A stretch of DNA of 64,000 bases, taken from NCBI GenBank assembly GCA_041496385.1, contig JBGQEL010000010.1, positions 19,245 through 83,244 of the forward strand. The letters run 5' to 3'. The notes under the pieces are model-generated. The model worked only from the letters and a program-made list of their open reading frames with translations, was not told the DNA's origin and did not search any database. This document shows positions 41,993 through 53,253 of this stretch, one piece after another. The position numbers and the translations under genes were made by a program. The DNA is from Candidatus Methylomirabilia bacterium (GTDB lineage Bacteria > Methylomirabilota > Methylomirabilia > Rokubacteriales > CSP1-6). Each line of letters begins with the position of its first letter. The first letter of the stretch is position 1.

Positions 41993-43408
41993 TCATGCCA
42001 CCACTGGGCGCCGCGCGTGCCAGTCCGTGAGGCGCTGGTAGGCGTCGCCGGCGCGCATCACCGTCGCCTCGTCGAACGGCCGCCCGACGAGCTGCAGGCC
42101 AATCGGCAGACCGCCGGCCGTGAACCCGCAGGGCACGGAGCAGCAGGGATGCCCCGAAAAGTTGAACGGGCGCGTCAGCCGGATCAGCGCCGCGCGCACG
42201 TCGGACGTCCCGTCGCCGAGCTCCACCGTCCGCTCGCCGAGCACGGGCGCCGGGATCGGCGTCGCCGGCGCCAGGAGCACGTCGCGCCGCGCGAGCGCCG
42301 CGTCCACCTCCTGGCGCACGAGCTGACGCACCTGCTGGGCGCGCACGTAGTGGACACCGCTCACGAACGCGCCCATCTTGAGCCGCTCGCGCACGTCCGG
42401 CTGGTAGTCCGCGGCGCGCGTCCGCATCCATTCGGCATGGTACGCGAGCGCCTCGGCGGCGACGATCGCGAACGCCGCCGCCGCCACGTGCGGGATCTGC
42501 TCGAGGCGCACCTCGTCGACCACCGCGCCGGCCTGCGCCAGCGTGGTGGCGGCCCGCTCGACCGCCGCGCGCACCTCGGGCACGGCCGCGTCGGTGAAGT
42601 GCGGCCGCAGGAGCCCGACGCGCAGCCCCTTCACGTCGCCCGTGAGCGCCGCGGCGTAGTCGGGCACGGGCAGGACGCTCGTGGTCGGGTCCGCGGGATC
42701 GTAGCCGGCCATCGCGCGGAGCATGAGCGCGCAGTCCTCGACCGTTCGCGCCATCGGCCCCGCGTGGTCCATGGACCAGGACAGCGGCAACACGCCCGCA
42801 CGGCTCACGCGCCCGTAGGTCGGTTTCACGCCACTGATCCCGCAGAGCGACGCGGGAATGCGGATCGAGCCGCCCGTGTCCGAGCCCAGCGCGCCGGGGC
42901 AGAGCCCCGCGGCGACCGCCACGCCCGAGCCCGAGGACGAGCCCCCGGCCGCGCGGTGCGCGCCCATGTCCCAGGGGTTCATCGCGTCGCCGTAGTGCGC
43001 GTTGAGGCCCTCGGGGCCGTAGGCGAACTCGTGCATGTTGAGTTTGCCGAGGACGATCAGCCCGGCGGCGCCGAGCCGCGCGACGACGGTCGCGTCCTGG
43101 GCCGGCACGAAGTCCGCCAGGATCTTCGAGCCGCCCGTGGTCCGCACGCCCTTGGTGCTGTAGAGGTCCTTCGGCCCGTAGGGCACGCCATGCAGCGGGC
43201 CCGCCACGCGCCCCGCGACCAGCTCCGCCTCGGCGGCGCGCGCGGCCGCGAGTGCGCCGTCCCCGCAGACGGTGATGAACGAGCGGAGTCGGCCGTCGAG
43301 CGCGGTGATGCGCTCGAGGTGGGCCTGGACGACCTCGACCGGCGAGACTTCCTTCCTCGCGATCATCCGGCCCAGCTCGGCCATCGAGCGCCAGACGAGA
43401 TCGGCCAT
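41993..43408 (-). CDS. Amidase signature family enzyme (GatA/AtzE-like)
   Basis: PLHGVP..KD, GGSSSGS, GSDTGGSIRIPAS, KPTYGRVS. Confidence 0.93.
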   Translation of the reverse strand: MADLVWRSMAELGRMIARKEVSPVEVVQAHLERITALDGRLRSFITVCGDGALAAARAAEAELVAGRVAGPLHGVPYGPKDLYSTKGVRTTGGSKILADFVPAQDATVVARLGAAGLIVLGKLNMHEFAYGPEGLNAHYGDAMNPWDMGAHRAAGGSSSGSGVAVAAGLCPGALGSDTGGSIRIPASLCGISGVKPTYGRVSRAGVLPLSWSMDHAGPMARTVEDCALMLRAMAGYDPADPTTSVLPVPDYAAALTGDVKGLRVGLLRPHFTDAAVPEVRAAVERAATTLAQAGAVVDEVRLEQIPHVAAAAFAIVAAEALAYHAEWMRTRAADYQPDVRERLKMGAFVSGVHYVRAQQVRQLVRQEVDAALARRDVLLAPATPIPAPVLGERTVELGDGTSDVRAALIRLTRPFNFSGHPCCSVPCGFTAGGLPIGLQLVGRPFDEATVMRAGDAYQRLTDWHARRPVVA

Positions 43409-43409
43409 G

Positions 43410-43586
43410 TCAGAACACGCGGTACTGGGTCGCGGGCTCGACGTCCCCGAGGGGAAGCGTCTCGAGCCGCGCCAGCATGTCGAGCGTCCGTTCCAGCGTC
43501 GGGCGGATCGCCTCCAGCTCGGCGTCCGTCCAGGGGAATCCGCCGAGCCGGGCGATGCCGCGCAGGGTGTCGAGGTTTATTTCCAT
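43410..43586 (-). CDS. Small GatC/AtzG-like amidase partner (58 aa)
   Basis: MEINLDTLRGIARLGGF...LETLPLGDVEPATQY; ends 1 nt before amidase ATG. Confidence 0.75.
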   Translation of the reverse strand: MEINLDTLRGIARLGGFPWTDAELEAIRPTLERTLDMLARLETLPLGDVEPATQYRVF

Positions 43587-43617
43587 GGGCGGGAGCATAC
43601 CACTAGAATGAAAGGCG

Positions 43618-45501
43618 ATGGCCGTGGCGCTCACGATTCTGACCGATCCGCGCGATCCGGCGGCGCGCCGCGTGCTCGATCCGGATCCCGGAGCATCGAT
43701 CCTCAAGGCGGCGCACGCCGCCGGCATCGACATCACGGCGACCTGCGGCGGCCGCGGCCGGTGCACCTCGTGCCGCGTCAAGTTCGTGAGCGGCACCGTG
43801 CCGCCGCCGACGATCATGGACGAGGTCCAGCTCGGCGACGACCTCGTGCGCGAGGGCTTCCGCCTCGCCTGTCAGTGCGTGCCGGGTGAGCCCGTGACGG
43901 TCCAGGTCGCGCCCCCGCTCGAGGAGCTCTCGTTCCAGATCCTCGGCGCCGGCCCGGGCCCGCGTCAGCTCGGCCGTATGACGCTCGACTCCGGCATCCA
44001 GAAACAGCTCGTCAAGGTCGCCCTGCCCCGCGAGGAGCACCATCAGACCTCCGACCTCGAGCAGCTCTGCGCCGCGGTAGGCGCGACGCCGGCCGAGGTC
44101 GGCGCCAGCGTCCTGGCGACGCTCCCGGCCGCGCTCCGCGACGACCCCGACGGCGTCACCGTGACGACGTTCGCCGTCGGGGGCGGCCATCAACAAGTGT
44201 TGGCGGTCGAGCGCGGCGACACCGCCGGCATGAAGTTCGGCCTCGCGGTGGACATCGGCACGACCAGCGTCGTCACGACGCTGCTGGCACTCGACTCGGG
44301 CGAGCAGCTCGCCACGGTCTCGAGCCTGAATCCCCAGGCGGTGTTCGGCGGCGACCTCATGTCGCGCATCGCGTTCGCGCAGTTCAACCCGGCGAATCTC
44401 CGGAAGCTGCACACGCGCATCGTCGGGCTGCTCAACCAGCACGTCGAGCAGATCTGCCGCGAGTCGGGCGTCCTGGCGAAGTGGATCTACAAGGTCGTCG
44501 TCGTCGGCAACACGTGCATGCATCACATCCTGCTCGGGATCGACCCCTCGTACGTGGGCCTGGCACCCTACGCCCCGGTGATGCGCCACCCTCTGGTGCT
44601 GCCTGCGCGCGAGCTCTTTCTCAAGGTCGCGCCCGACGCCCGTGTCTGTCTCCTGCCGATCGTCGCGGGCTTCGTCGGCGCCGACGCGGTCGCGGTCGCG
44701 CTCGCCACGCGGATCTACGAGAGCCCCGAGGTCCGCATCGCGGTGGACATCGGCACGAACGGCGAGGTCCTCCTGGGCTCGCGCGACCGTCTCTGGGCGT
44801 GCTCGGCCCCCGCGGGTCCGGCGCTCGAGGGCGGGCAGATCCGCCACGGCATGCGCGGCGCGCTCGGTGCGATCGACCGCGTTGCCGTGGACGACGACAT
44901 CCGCGTGCACACGATCGGCGAGGGGGCGGCGCTCGGCATCTGCGGCTCGGGATTGATCGACCTCCTCGCGGGCCTGCTCGACGCCGGCGCGATCGACCCG
45001 ACGGGGCTCATCCAGGTGGAGGCCCGCGACACGCTGCCCGCGACGCTCCGCGACCGGGTGGAGATGCGCGGCGAGGAGCGCGTGATCGTCGTCCTGCGCC
45101 CGGGCGAGGCGGGCGCGCGCGGGGAGATCGTCCTCACCCAGGACGACGTCCGCCAGGTCCAGCTCGCGAAGGGCGCGATCGCCGCGGGCGCCGCGATGCT
45201 CCAGCACGTGGCCGGAATGCCGAGCGCGCGGGTGGCCGAGCTCATGCTGGCGGGCGGCTTCGGCAACTACGTCTCGATCGCCAGCGCGCTGCGCATCGGA
45301 CTGATCCCGCCGCTTCCGCTCGGGCGGATCCGCTACGTGGGCAACGCGGCCTCCCTCGGGGCCCAGCTCTGCCTGCTCTCCGAGACCGAGCGCGCGCGCG
45401 CCGCCGAGATCGCGGGGCGGATCGAGCACGTGTCCCTGGCCGCCCATCCCGACTTCGAGCGGATCTTCGTGGACTCGATGAACTTCCCGCCGGCGCCATG
45501 A
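43618..45501 (+). CDS. ASKHA-domain reductive activator of corrinoid proteins (RACo/RamA-like)
   Basis: CGGRGRCTSC...RLACQC [2Fe-2S]; DIGTT, GFVGAD, DIGTNGE, AGPALEG, GICGSG, QLAKGAI. Confidence 0.92.
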   Translation: MAVALTILTDPRDPAARRVLDPDPGASILKAAHAAGIDITATCGGRGRCTSCRVKFVSGTVPPPTIMDEVQLGDDLVREGFRLACQCVPGEPVTVQVAPPLEELSFQILGAGPGPRQLGRMTLDSGIQKQLVKVALPREEHHQTSDLEQLCAAVGATPAEVGASVLATLPAALRDDPDGVTVTTFAVGGGHQQVLAVERGDTAGMKFGLAVDIGTTSVVTTLLALDSGEQLATVSSLNPQAVFGGDLMSRIAFAQFNPANLRKLHTRIVGLLNQHVEQICRESGVLAKWIYKVVVVGNTCMHHILLGIDPSYVGLAPYAPVMRHPLVLPARELFLKVAPDARVCLLPIVAGFVGADAVAVALATRIYESPEVRIAVDIGTNGEVLLGSRDRLWACSAPAGPALEGGQIRHGMRGALGAIDRVAVDDDIRVHTIGEGAALGICGSGLIDLLAGLLDAGAIDPTGLIQVEARDTLPATLRDRVEMRGEERVIVVLRPGEAGARGEIVLTQDDVRQVQLAKGAIAAGAAMLQHVAGMPSARVAELMLAGGFGNYVSIASALRIGLIPPLPLGRIRYVGNAASLGAQLCLLSETERARAAEIAGRIEHVSLAAHPDFERIFVDSMNFPPAP

Positions 45502-46352
45502 AAGGCGCGATCCCCGGCAAGGTCGTCGGCCTCGAGGTCGGCGCCGTCAGCCAGACGCTGGACGCGCGCTGGCTCATGGCCTACGCGGCGGGGCTGGGCG
45601 AGACCGACCCGCGCTACTACGACACGGAGGCGCCCGGCGGGCCGCTGGCCCACCCGATGTTCGCCGCGTGCTACGAGTGGCCCGTGGCGCTCTCGCTGCG
45701 CGCGAAGACGATCAAGCCCGAGCTGCTGCCCCTCGGCGTCCAGACGAGCCACCACCTCGTCATCCACCGGCAGCCCGCGGCGAGTGATCGCCTGCTCACC
45801 CGCGGGCAGGTCGTCACGGTCAAGCCGGTCCGCGCGGGCACCCTCGTCGTCACGCGCTATTCCAGCGTGGACCGCAACGGCCGGCCCGTCACGACGACCG
45901 ACTATGGCTCGATCTTCCGCCGCGTGACCACGGAGGGCGAGGCGAGCGCCGCCGTGCCGCCGCTGCCACGTCCGGAGCCGCCGGCGGGCGACGAGGTGCG
46001 CTGGATCGCGACGGTCGCCGTCGGCCTGCAGGCCGCCCACGTCTACTCCGAGTGCGCGCGCATCTGGAACCCGATCCACACCGACATCGCCGTCGCCCGC
46101 GCCGCGGGGCTTCCCGGGCTGATCCTGCACGGCACCGCGACCATCGCGCTCGCGGTCTCGCAGGTGATCCAGCGCGACCTGGCCGGCGACCCGACGCGGG
46201 TCGCCGAGCTCACCGCGAGGCTCGCGGGCATGGTCTCGATGCCGTCGAGCCTCGTCGTTCGCGGCCGCGCGCGCGCCGGGAACCGGGTCGCCTTCGACGT
46301 CATGAACGAGCGTGGCGAGCCGGTGCTGAGCGACGGCGTCATCCGCGCATGA
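45498..46352 (+). CDS. Double-hotdog MaoC-family dehydratase
   Basis: AHPMF; WNPIHTD...A...GLPGLILHG hydratase-2-like motif. Confidence 0.82.
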   Translation: MKGAIPGKVVGLEVGAVSQTLDARWLMAYAAGLGETDPRYYDTEAPGGPLAHPMFAACYEWPVALSLRAKTIKPELLPLGVQTSHHLVIHRQPAASDRLLTRGQVVTVKPVRAGTLVVTRYSSVDRNGRPVTTTDYGSIFRRVTTEGEASAAVPPLPRPEPPAGDEVRWIATVAVGLQAAHVYSECARIWNPIHTDIAVARAAGLPGLILHGTATIALAVSQVIQRDLAGDPTRVAELTARLAGMVSMPSSLVVRGRARAGNRVAFDVMNERGEPVLSDGVIRA

Positions 46353-47371
46353 AGCAGATGGGGCGGCGCGAACGGCTCCAGGCCGCGATCAACCGGGAAC
46401 CCGTGGATCGGACCCCGTATGCGGTCTGGCGCCACTTCCCGGCCGTGGACCGCTCGCCCGCCGGCCTCGCGCAGGCGACGCTCCGCTTCCATGAGCGCTA
46501 CGGCTCGGACTTCATCAAGATCACACCGCGCGGCGGCTACGCGGTCGAGGCGTGGGGCTGCGTCGAGAGCGACGAGCCCAGGCCCGACGGCCACCGGCCC
46601 TGCCGCTCCTGCGCCGTGCGCGAAGCCTCGGACTGGAAGAAGATCCGGCCGCTGGACCCCACGTCCGCGCCCGGCTGGTCCGAGCAGTTCGAGACGATCG
46701 TCCGCATGGGCTTCGACCGGCGCATCGGCGACGCGCCGGTGCTGCCGACGCTCTTCTCGCCGCTCTCGCTCGCGCGGAAGCTCTCGGGTGACCGCCTCAC
46801 GCACGACCTGCGCGAGCAGCCCGGCTCGGTCACCGACGCCCTCGAGGTCATCACCGAGACAGTCGTCCGGTTCGCGGCGCTGGCGCTCGCCGAGGGCGTC
46901 TCGGGCATCTTCTACTCGATCCAGGCGGCGAGCCGCTCGGCCGGCTCCGAGGACGACTACGCGCGCTTCGGCGAGCCCTACGACCGCCGCGTGCTCGAGT
47001 CCGTCCGCGACAAGTCCAGCCTGACGATCATCCACTGCCACGGGGATCGCCTCATGTTCGACCGGCTGGCCTCGCTCCCCGGCCACGCCTGGAACTGGGA
47101 CGACCGGACGGCCGGCCCGTCCCTGGCCGAGGTCAAAGGCAAGACGGTCGGCGCGGTCATCGGCGGGCTCGATCAGTGGGGGACGCTGCGGGACGGAACT
47201 CCGGACCAGGCTGTGGCCGAGGCGCAGGATGCCCTCGCCCAGACCGGGGCTCTCGGGCTCATCGTGGGTCCCGGATGCGTGCTGCCGGCGAACACGCCGG
47301 ACGCGAACGTCGCGGCGGTCGTGCAGGCTCTCGGCGGTCCACTCAGGAAGATCCCCGGCGTCACGCCCTGA
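46349..47371 (+). CDS. Uroporphyrinogen decarboxylase/MtaA-CmuA family protein
   Basis: RERL.AAI..EPVDRTP, TLFSP, IIHCHG, IVGPGC. Confidence 0.82.
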   Translation: MKQMGRRERLQAAINREPVDRTPYAVWRHFPAVDRSPAGLAQATLRFHERYGSDFIKITPRGGYAVEAWGCVESDEPRPDGHRPCRSCAVREASDWKKIRPLDPTSAPGWSEQFETIVRMGFDRRIGDAPVLPTLFSPLSLARKLSGDRLTHDLREQPGSVTDALEVITETVVRFAALALAEGVSGIFYSIQAASRSAGSEDDYARFGEPYDRRVLESVRDKSSLTIIHCHGDRLMFDRLASLPGHAWNWDDRTAGPSLAEVKGKTVGAVIGGLDQWGTLRDGTPDQAVAEAQDALAQTGALGLIVGPGCVLPANTPDANVAAVVQALGGPLRKIPGVTP

Positions 47372-47386
47372 GTGGCGCTCCGGAAT

Positions 47387-47530
47387 CTAACGCGAGCGGA
47401 GACGCGACGCGCGGACGCGCTCGACCCGGCGGCGCCGCTCGATGCGCGCTTCGCGCCACTCGAAGGCAGCGACCCCGCAGGCGGTCAAGCCGGCCATCAT
47501 GCCCCACACCGCGATCATCATCCAGTCCAT
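47387..47530 (-). CDS. Small single-TM protein (47 aa)
   Basis: MDWMMIAVWGMMAGLTACGVAAFEWREARIERRRRVERVRASRLRSR*; sigma54-like motif upstream. Confidence 0.6.
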   Translation of the reverse strand: MDWMMIAVWGMMAGLTACGVAAFEWREARIERRRRVERVRASRLRSR

Positions 47531-47543
47531 GCGTATAGGACGC

Positions 47544-47559
47544 TGCATCCGAAATGCCA
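47544..47559 (-). promoter_or_regulatory. Sigma54 -24/-12 promoter candidate
   Basis: TGGCAT-TTCGG-ATGCA (GG-N10-GC). Confidence 0.55.
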
Positions 47560-47676
47560 GATGCGAAAGGCCCAGGAATCTTGATGTCCGCTCGGCAGCG
47601 TCGTTGAAGCTCGGGCGAAAACGGACCAGCGTCGGGCGCCGCCCGGCGCATTCCTGTCAGGGCGCGCTCGTCTCGA

Positions 47677-48756
<1,080 letters not shown>

Positions 48757-48794
48757 GGATCGATTATGCCAGGTGTCGTATCGTTAGGGGCGCT

Positions 48795-49676
48795 CTGAGC
48801 CATCCCGCCAAAGGCATCGACGCCAAGGGCGCAATCCTCGCGCTGGTCGTCTCGCTCCTTTGGGGCGCCAACCCGGTCGCCATCAAGCTCGGGCTCGACG
48901 ACGCGCCGCCCATCCGCTTGGCCTGGATGCGCTTCCTCGTGGGCGGCGTCGTGATCACGCTTTGGGCGTGGACGACGGGACGGTTCGCCAGCTTCCGGAT
49001 CGAGCGCGACGAGTGGCGCCCGCTCACCGTCGTGGGCCTTCTCCTGACCACGCAGGTCGGCTTCATGAACGTGGGCACCTCGCTGACGAGCGCCGCGCAC
49101 TCCGCGATCCTCTTGAACCTCTACGCGGTCCACACCGTCCTCCTCGCCCACTTCCTCATCCCGGGCGACCGGCTGACCCCGCGCAAGCTCGTCGGCGTGC
49201 TCATCGCCTACGCAGGCATCGTCCTGCTCCTCGCCGGCCAGGCGGCGCACGGCTCGGCCACGCTGCTCGGCGACGCCATCATGTTCGTCTCCTCGCTCAT
49301 CCTGGCCGAGCGAACGATCTTCCTCGCGCGCGCCGTCCAGCACCTCGATCCAGCCAAGCTCCTGCTCGCCCAGGCGCTCATCGGCACGGTGATCTTCGTC
49401 GTCGTCTCGGCCGTGTTCGAGCCCGCGCCGACACGCTGGACCGCAAACCTCGCCGGCTCGATCGCCTACCAGGGCGTCGTCATCGCGGGGTTCAACTTCG
49501 TCGTGAATCTCTGGCTCCTGCGGCACTACCGCCCGAGCGCGCTCGCCGCCTTCTTCCTGACCCAGCCGCTCTTCGGCGTCGTGGCGGCCGCCCTCGTCAC
49601 GGGCGACCGCCTCACGGCGGACCTCCTCCTGGCGGGCGTCGCGGTCACGATCGGCATCGGCCTCACGAACCGCTGA
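48795..49676 (+). CDS. EamA/DMT transporter (probable CTG start)
   Basis: LLWGANPVAIKLGL...PP.RLAWMRF first helix lies upstream of the first canonical start; two EamA repeats. Confidence 0.88.
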   Translation: MSHPAKGIDAKGAILALVVSLLWGANPVAIKLGLDDAPPIRLAWMRFLVGGVVITLWAWTTGRFASFRIERDEWRPLTVVGLLLTTQVGFMNVGTSLTSAAHSAILLNLYAVHTVLLAHFLIPGDRLTPRKLVGVLIAYAGIVLLLAGQAAHGSATLLGDAIMFVSSLILAERTIFLARAVQHLDPAKLLLAQALIGTVIFVVVSAVFEPAPTRWTANLAGSIAYQGVVIAGFNFVVNLWLLRHYRPSALAAFFLTQPLFGVVAAALVTGDRLTADLLLAGVAVTIGIGLTNR

Positions 49677-49694
49677 GCCCGGTATAATCGGGCC

Positions 49695-50060
49695 ATGCCG
49701 ACGCGGCCCTCCAAGACCATCGAGGTCGTGCCGAACCCCCATCCCGACCGCGACTACGAGGTCGCGATGACCGTGCCCGAGTTCACCTGCCTCTGCCCGC
49801 TCACGGGGCAGCCCGACTTCGCGACGATCCGGATCCGCTATGTGCCCGACCAGCACCTGGTCGAGCTGAAGGCGCTGAAGCTCTACATCTGGTCGTATCG
49901 CGACGAGGGCGCGTTCCACGAGGACGTCACCAACCGCATCCTGGACGACCTCGTGGCGGCGGCCCGGCCGCGGTGGGCCGAGGTGATCGGCGACTTCAGC
50001 GTGCGCGGGGGCATCAAGACCGAGGTGCGCGCGACCCACGGAAAGCGCCCCGAACTCTAG
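49695..50060 (+). CDS. queF: PreQ0 (7-cyano-7-deazaguanine) reductase
   Basis: [31 protein letters not shown]. Confidence 0.96.
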   Translation: MPTRPSKTIEVVPNPHPDRDYEVAMTVPEFTCLCPLTGQPDFATIRIRYVPDQHLVELKALKLYIWSYRDEGAFHEDVTNRILDDLVAAARPRWAEVIGDFSVRGGIKTEVRATHGKRPEL

Positions 50061-53000
50061 CGCGCGCCGCCGCCGTCCCCCACCAGCACGAACGGCGCCC
50101 AGAAGACCGGGTGCGCGTAGCTCGCGATCACCTGCTTCGTCGCTGCGTCCACCAGCGCGCCGTCGTCGATCATCCAGTTCAGCGTCCGCTGGAGCGCGCG
50201 CGCGCGCGTGAGGCGCGCGTCGGCGGCCTGGCGCCGGAAGAGGTCCGTCGTGAGCGCGCGCGCCGAGGTGGTTTCCACGGCCCAGTGGCTCACGAGCAGC
50301 GCGCGTGCGCCCGCATAAAAGAACGCGCGCCCGAGCCCGGAGACCGCCTCCGACCCGGCGCCGTTGCCGCTGGCCGTGTTGCAGGCCGAGAGCACGACCC
50401 AGTCGGCGTCGAGGCGGAGCGCCAGGATCTTCTCGAGCGTAAGGAGGCCGTCGCCGTCGACCTGCGCGACCTCCGGCGCGGCGAGCGCCAGGGCGGGCTG
50501 CGTCAGGCCGTCCAGGTCCCCCGCGACGAGCCCGTGGGTTGCAAACGCGATGACGCGATAGCGCGCGAGGTCGAGCGACTCCACGCTGCCCTCGTTCGCG
50601 CGCCGGCCGAGGAACACGTCCCGGGCGGGATCGGCCCGCAGGGCGCCGGCGATGCTCCGGATCTCGTCGGCGGTGTCGGGCAGGCGCGGGAGCAGCTCCA
50701 GGCGCACGCTGTCGCTCAGCCGGACCCGGATGTTCCGGAGCGAGACGGTGGCGCTCCGCAGGCTCATCTCGGGGCGCGGCGGGGGACCGCCCTCGGCCTC
50801 GCGCGCCTGCTCGAGACTGAAGTAGGGATCGCCGAAGCCCACGAACGGCCGCCGCCCGGGCGCGCCCGGAGGCACGCTCCGGAGCGTCACCAGCGCTCCG
50901 GCCGAGGGGAGCACGGTCACGGCGTGGGTCCTCACGAGCCACGGCACGCTCCGGTAGCGGGAGAAGAGCGCGCCCTCCTCGGGCCCGAGCGTCGCGGGCC
51001 GCGTGGGCAGCAGCGCGAACGGGAGCTGCCCGAGCGGGCCGTGGGGCACGACGATCAGGCTCTGGGCGCCCGCCCATGCGCTCCTCACCGGCTCCAGGAC
51101 CTGCCGGTACAGCTCCTGCGCCGCGGGCACGTCGAACTCCGGGATCTCGCCAAAAGTTCGCGCGCCGATGTCGAGCGCCTCCCGGAGGTGTCGCACCGTC
51201 GCCTCGAGCGGCGCGGCGCCGACCGCCGTCGACGCGAACGCCACGGGACCGGTGGCGGGCACGCCCCAGACGAACGTGCGCTCGGCCGTCACGAAGATCG
51301 AGACGACCGCCTCGCCCGGTCGCAGCGCGGTACGGACCTGGGCGATCGTCGCCGGCGAGGGCTGGACGAGCTGGGCGTAGGCCGGGAACGCCCGGTGGAT
51401 CTCCGCGGCGGCCGCCGCCCGCTCCGCGCGCAGTCGCTCGACCTCCACGCGGAGCTGGCGCGCCGCCTGCTCGTCCTGCGCGGTGCTCAGCAGCGCAGCC
51501 AGGTGCCCCTGGAGCGCGGCCAGCTGCTTGGCGGCGTCCTGCTCGCGCCGCACGAGCCCGGCCAGCGCCGGCGTGGCGGCCGCGGCGCGAGCCGCGCTCG
51601 CGTCGAGCGCCCGCTCGACCGCGCGGCCGCGCACGACCTCCGCCACCCGGAAGGCCTCGCCGACGGCGTCGGTCCCGTCCGCGAGCGGGGTCCCCTGCAC
51701 CTCGGCGAGCAATCGGATGTAGCGCGCCAGGATGAAGGCGGCCTGGCGGTCGCGGGCGGTGCGGCTCGACGCCTCGTCGTCGGTGTCCTGCGCGCGCGCG
51801 AGCAGAAGGGGCGTGACCTCGGCGAACTCCGCCAGCGCGCTCCGCCGGTCGCCGCGTTCCGCGTTGATGACCGCACGGAACCCCCGGTACAGCACGACCA
51901 CCGGATCGCGCTCGGCGGGATCCCGGCGCTGGCTCGCGATCACCCGCTGGCACATCTGGAGCGCCTCCCCCACACGACCGGCGTGCAACAGCGCCAGCGC
52001 GAAATCGGGGTCGCCGAGGAGGAACCGCGCGGCCGCCGCGTCCGCAGATCGCTCGCGGATCCGGTCGTACTCGACGAGGGCGTCCTGCCAGCGCTCCTGG
52101 CCGATCAGGGCGAGGGCGAGGAACTTCCGCGCGCGTCCGACCTCGCGCGAGCCGTCGGCCGCGCCCACGCGCTGGTAAACCTCGAGCGCCACGCGGACGA
52201 GCGCCTCGGCATCGGCGTAGCGTCCCTGCTGCCCGAGCGTCCACGCGAGGGTGATCGCCGCGTTCGACGTATTGATGTTGTTGCGTCCCAGCTTTCGGAG
52301 GGTCCCGAGGAGCGCGCGGCGCCCCTCGATCTCGGCTTCGACGAGGCGCCCCTGGCTCACCAGCGGCACGGCGAGGGACGCGGTCGCGCGCTCGGGCAGC
52401 CAGCCCCGGGCGAGGTCCGGGTCGCCCGAGGCGATCCGCGCGGCCTCGCGGTACGCCCGCTCGGCCTCGGCCATGCGTCCGCGACGTCCGGCGATCTCAC
52501 CCCGGGAGAGTGCGATCTGCGTGTCGTCGCGCGCGTTGAGCGAGGCGGGACGGCGGCGGCGGCCCATCTCCGCCCGGATCTCGACCGCCTCGCGCAGGGC
52601 GGCCTCGGCCTCCTGCAGGTAGCCTCGCTGGGCGTAGCGGCGCGCCTGGAACGATCGGATCAGGACCAGCAGGCCCCGGTGCTCGGGCGACACCCGGCTC
52701 GCGGCCGCCTCCAGGTGCTCGATGGTCTGGGCGAAGCTCCCGCCGGTGACCTCGAGGCTGGAGAGCGCCAGAAGGATCCGCGCCTCCAGGTCCGCAGCGC
52801 CGGCGGCCGACGCGTAGTCCGCGGCCGTGACGAGGTCGTCGATTCCCTGGTCGAGGTGCCCGCGTCGCGCGCGGGCCTGGCCGCGCCGGAAATGGAATTG
52901 CGCGAGCGCCCGTGGCTCGTCCGTCGCGGGAGGCACTTCGTCCGTCCGCGCGCGCGCCTCGCCCGGCTCATCGGGCGCGTCCTGGCGGCGCTGCTCGAGG

Positions 53001-53167
53001 GCGGCGACGAGGTCGGTGATCGTCCGCGGGGGCGGCACGAAGCCGCGAGGGACCGGCGAGAAGGTCGCGGTGGCCCGCCGGGCCTCCTCGACCGGTACCG
53101 CGGTCTGGCAGGCCGCGACGAGCCAGGCGAGCGCGAGCACGGCGCCCAGCCGACGCATGAGAATCAC
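50057..53167 (-). CDS. TPR + CHAT (caspase-like) domain lipoprotein
   Basis: Lipobox [42 protein letters not shown]. Confidence 0.92.
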   Translation of the reverse strand: MILMRRLGAVLALAWLVAACQTAVPVEEARRATATFSPVPRGFVPPPRTITDLVAALEQRRQDAPDEPGEARARTDEVPPATDEPRALAQFHFRRGQARARRGHLDQGIDDLVTAADYASAAGAADLEARILLALSSLEVTGGSFAQTIEHLEAAASRVSPEHRGLLVLIRSFQARRYAQRGYLQEAEAALREAVEIRAEMGRRRRPASLNARDDTQIALSRGEIAGRRGRMAEAERAYREAARIASGDPDLARGWLPERATASLAVPLVSQGRLVEAEIEGRRALLGTLRKLGRNNINTSNAAITLAWTLGQQGRYADAEALVRVALEVYQRVGAADGSREVGRARKFLALALIGQERWQDALVEYDRIRERSADAAAARFLLGDPDFALALLHAGRVGEALQMCQRVIASQRRDPAERDPVVVLYRGFRAVINAERGDRRSALAEFAEVTPLLLARAQDTDDEASSRTARDRQAAFILARYIRLLAEVQGTPLADGTDAVGEAFRVAEVVRGRAVERALDASAARAAAATPALAGLVRREQDAAKQLAALQGHLAALLSTAQDEQAARQLRVEVERLRAERAAAAAEIHRAFPAYAQLVQPSPATIAQVRTALRPGEAVVSIFVTAERTFVWGVPATGPVAFASTAVGAAPLEATVRHLREALDIGARTFGEIPEFDVPAAQELYRQVLEPVRSAWAGAQSLIVVPHGPLGQLPFALLPTRPATLGPEEGALFSRYRSVPWLVRTHAVTVLPSAGALVTLRSVPPGAPGRRPFVGFGDPYFSLEQAREAEGGPPPRPEMSLRSATVSLRNIRVRLSDSVRLELLPRLPDTADEIRSIAGALRADPARDVFLGRRANEGSVESLDLARYRVIAFATHGLVAGDLDGLTQPALALAAPEVAQVDGDGLLTLEKILALRLDADWVVLSACNTASGNGAGSEAVSGLGRAFFYAGARALLVSHWAVETTSARALTTDLFRRQAADARLTRARALQRTLNWMIDDGALVDAATKQVIASYAHPVFWAPFVLVGDGGGAR

Positions 53168-53253
53168 GGGCACGACGCGGCGCGGATCGCGGGTACGACG
53201 AGGGGCGCGACGCGCCGCATGGCGGGATTGTACTCCCGCGCGTCGGGTGCCGC

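Noticed and set aside
47372..47584. In-frame ORF right after the UroD-like TGA (possible readthrough)
   Set aside because: No convincing SECIS or redox motif; better explained as the antisense of the 47-aa peptide and its promoter.
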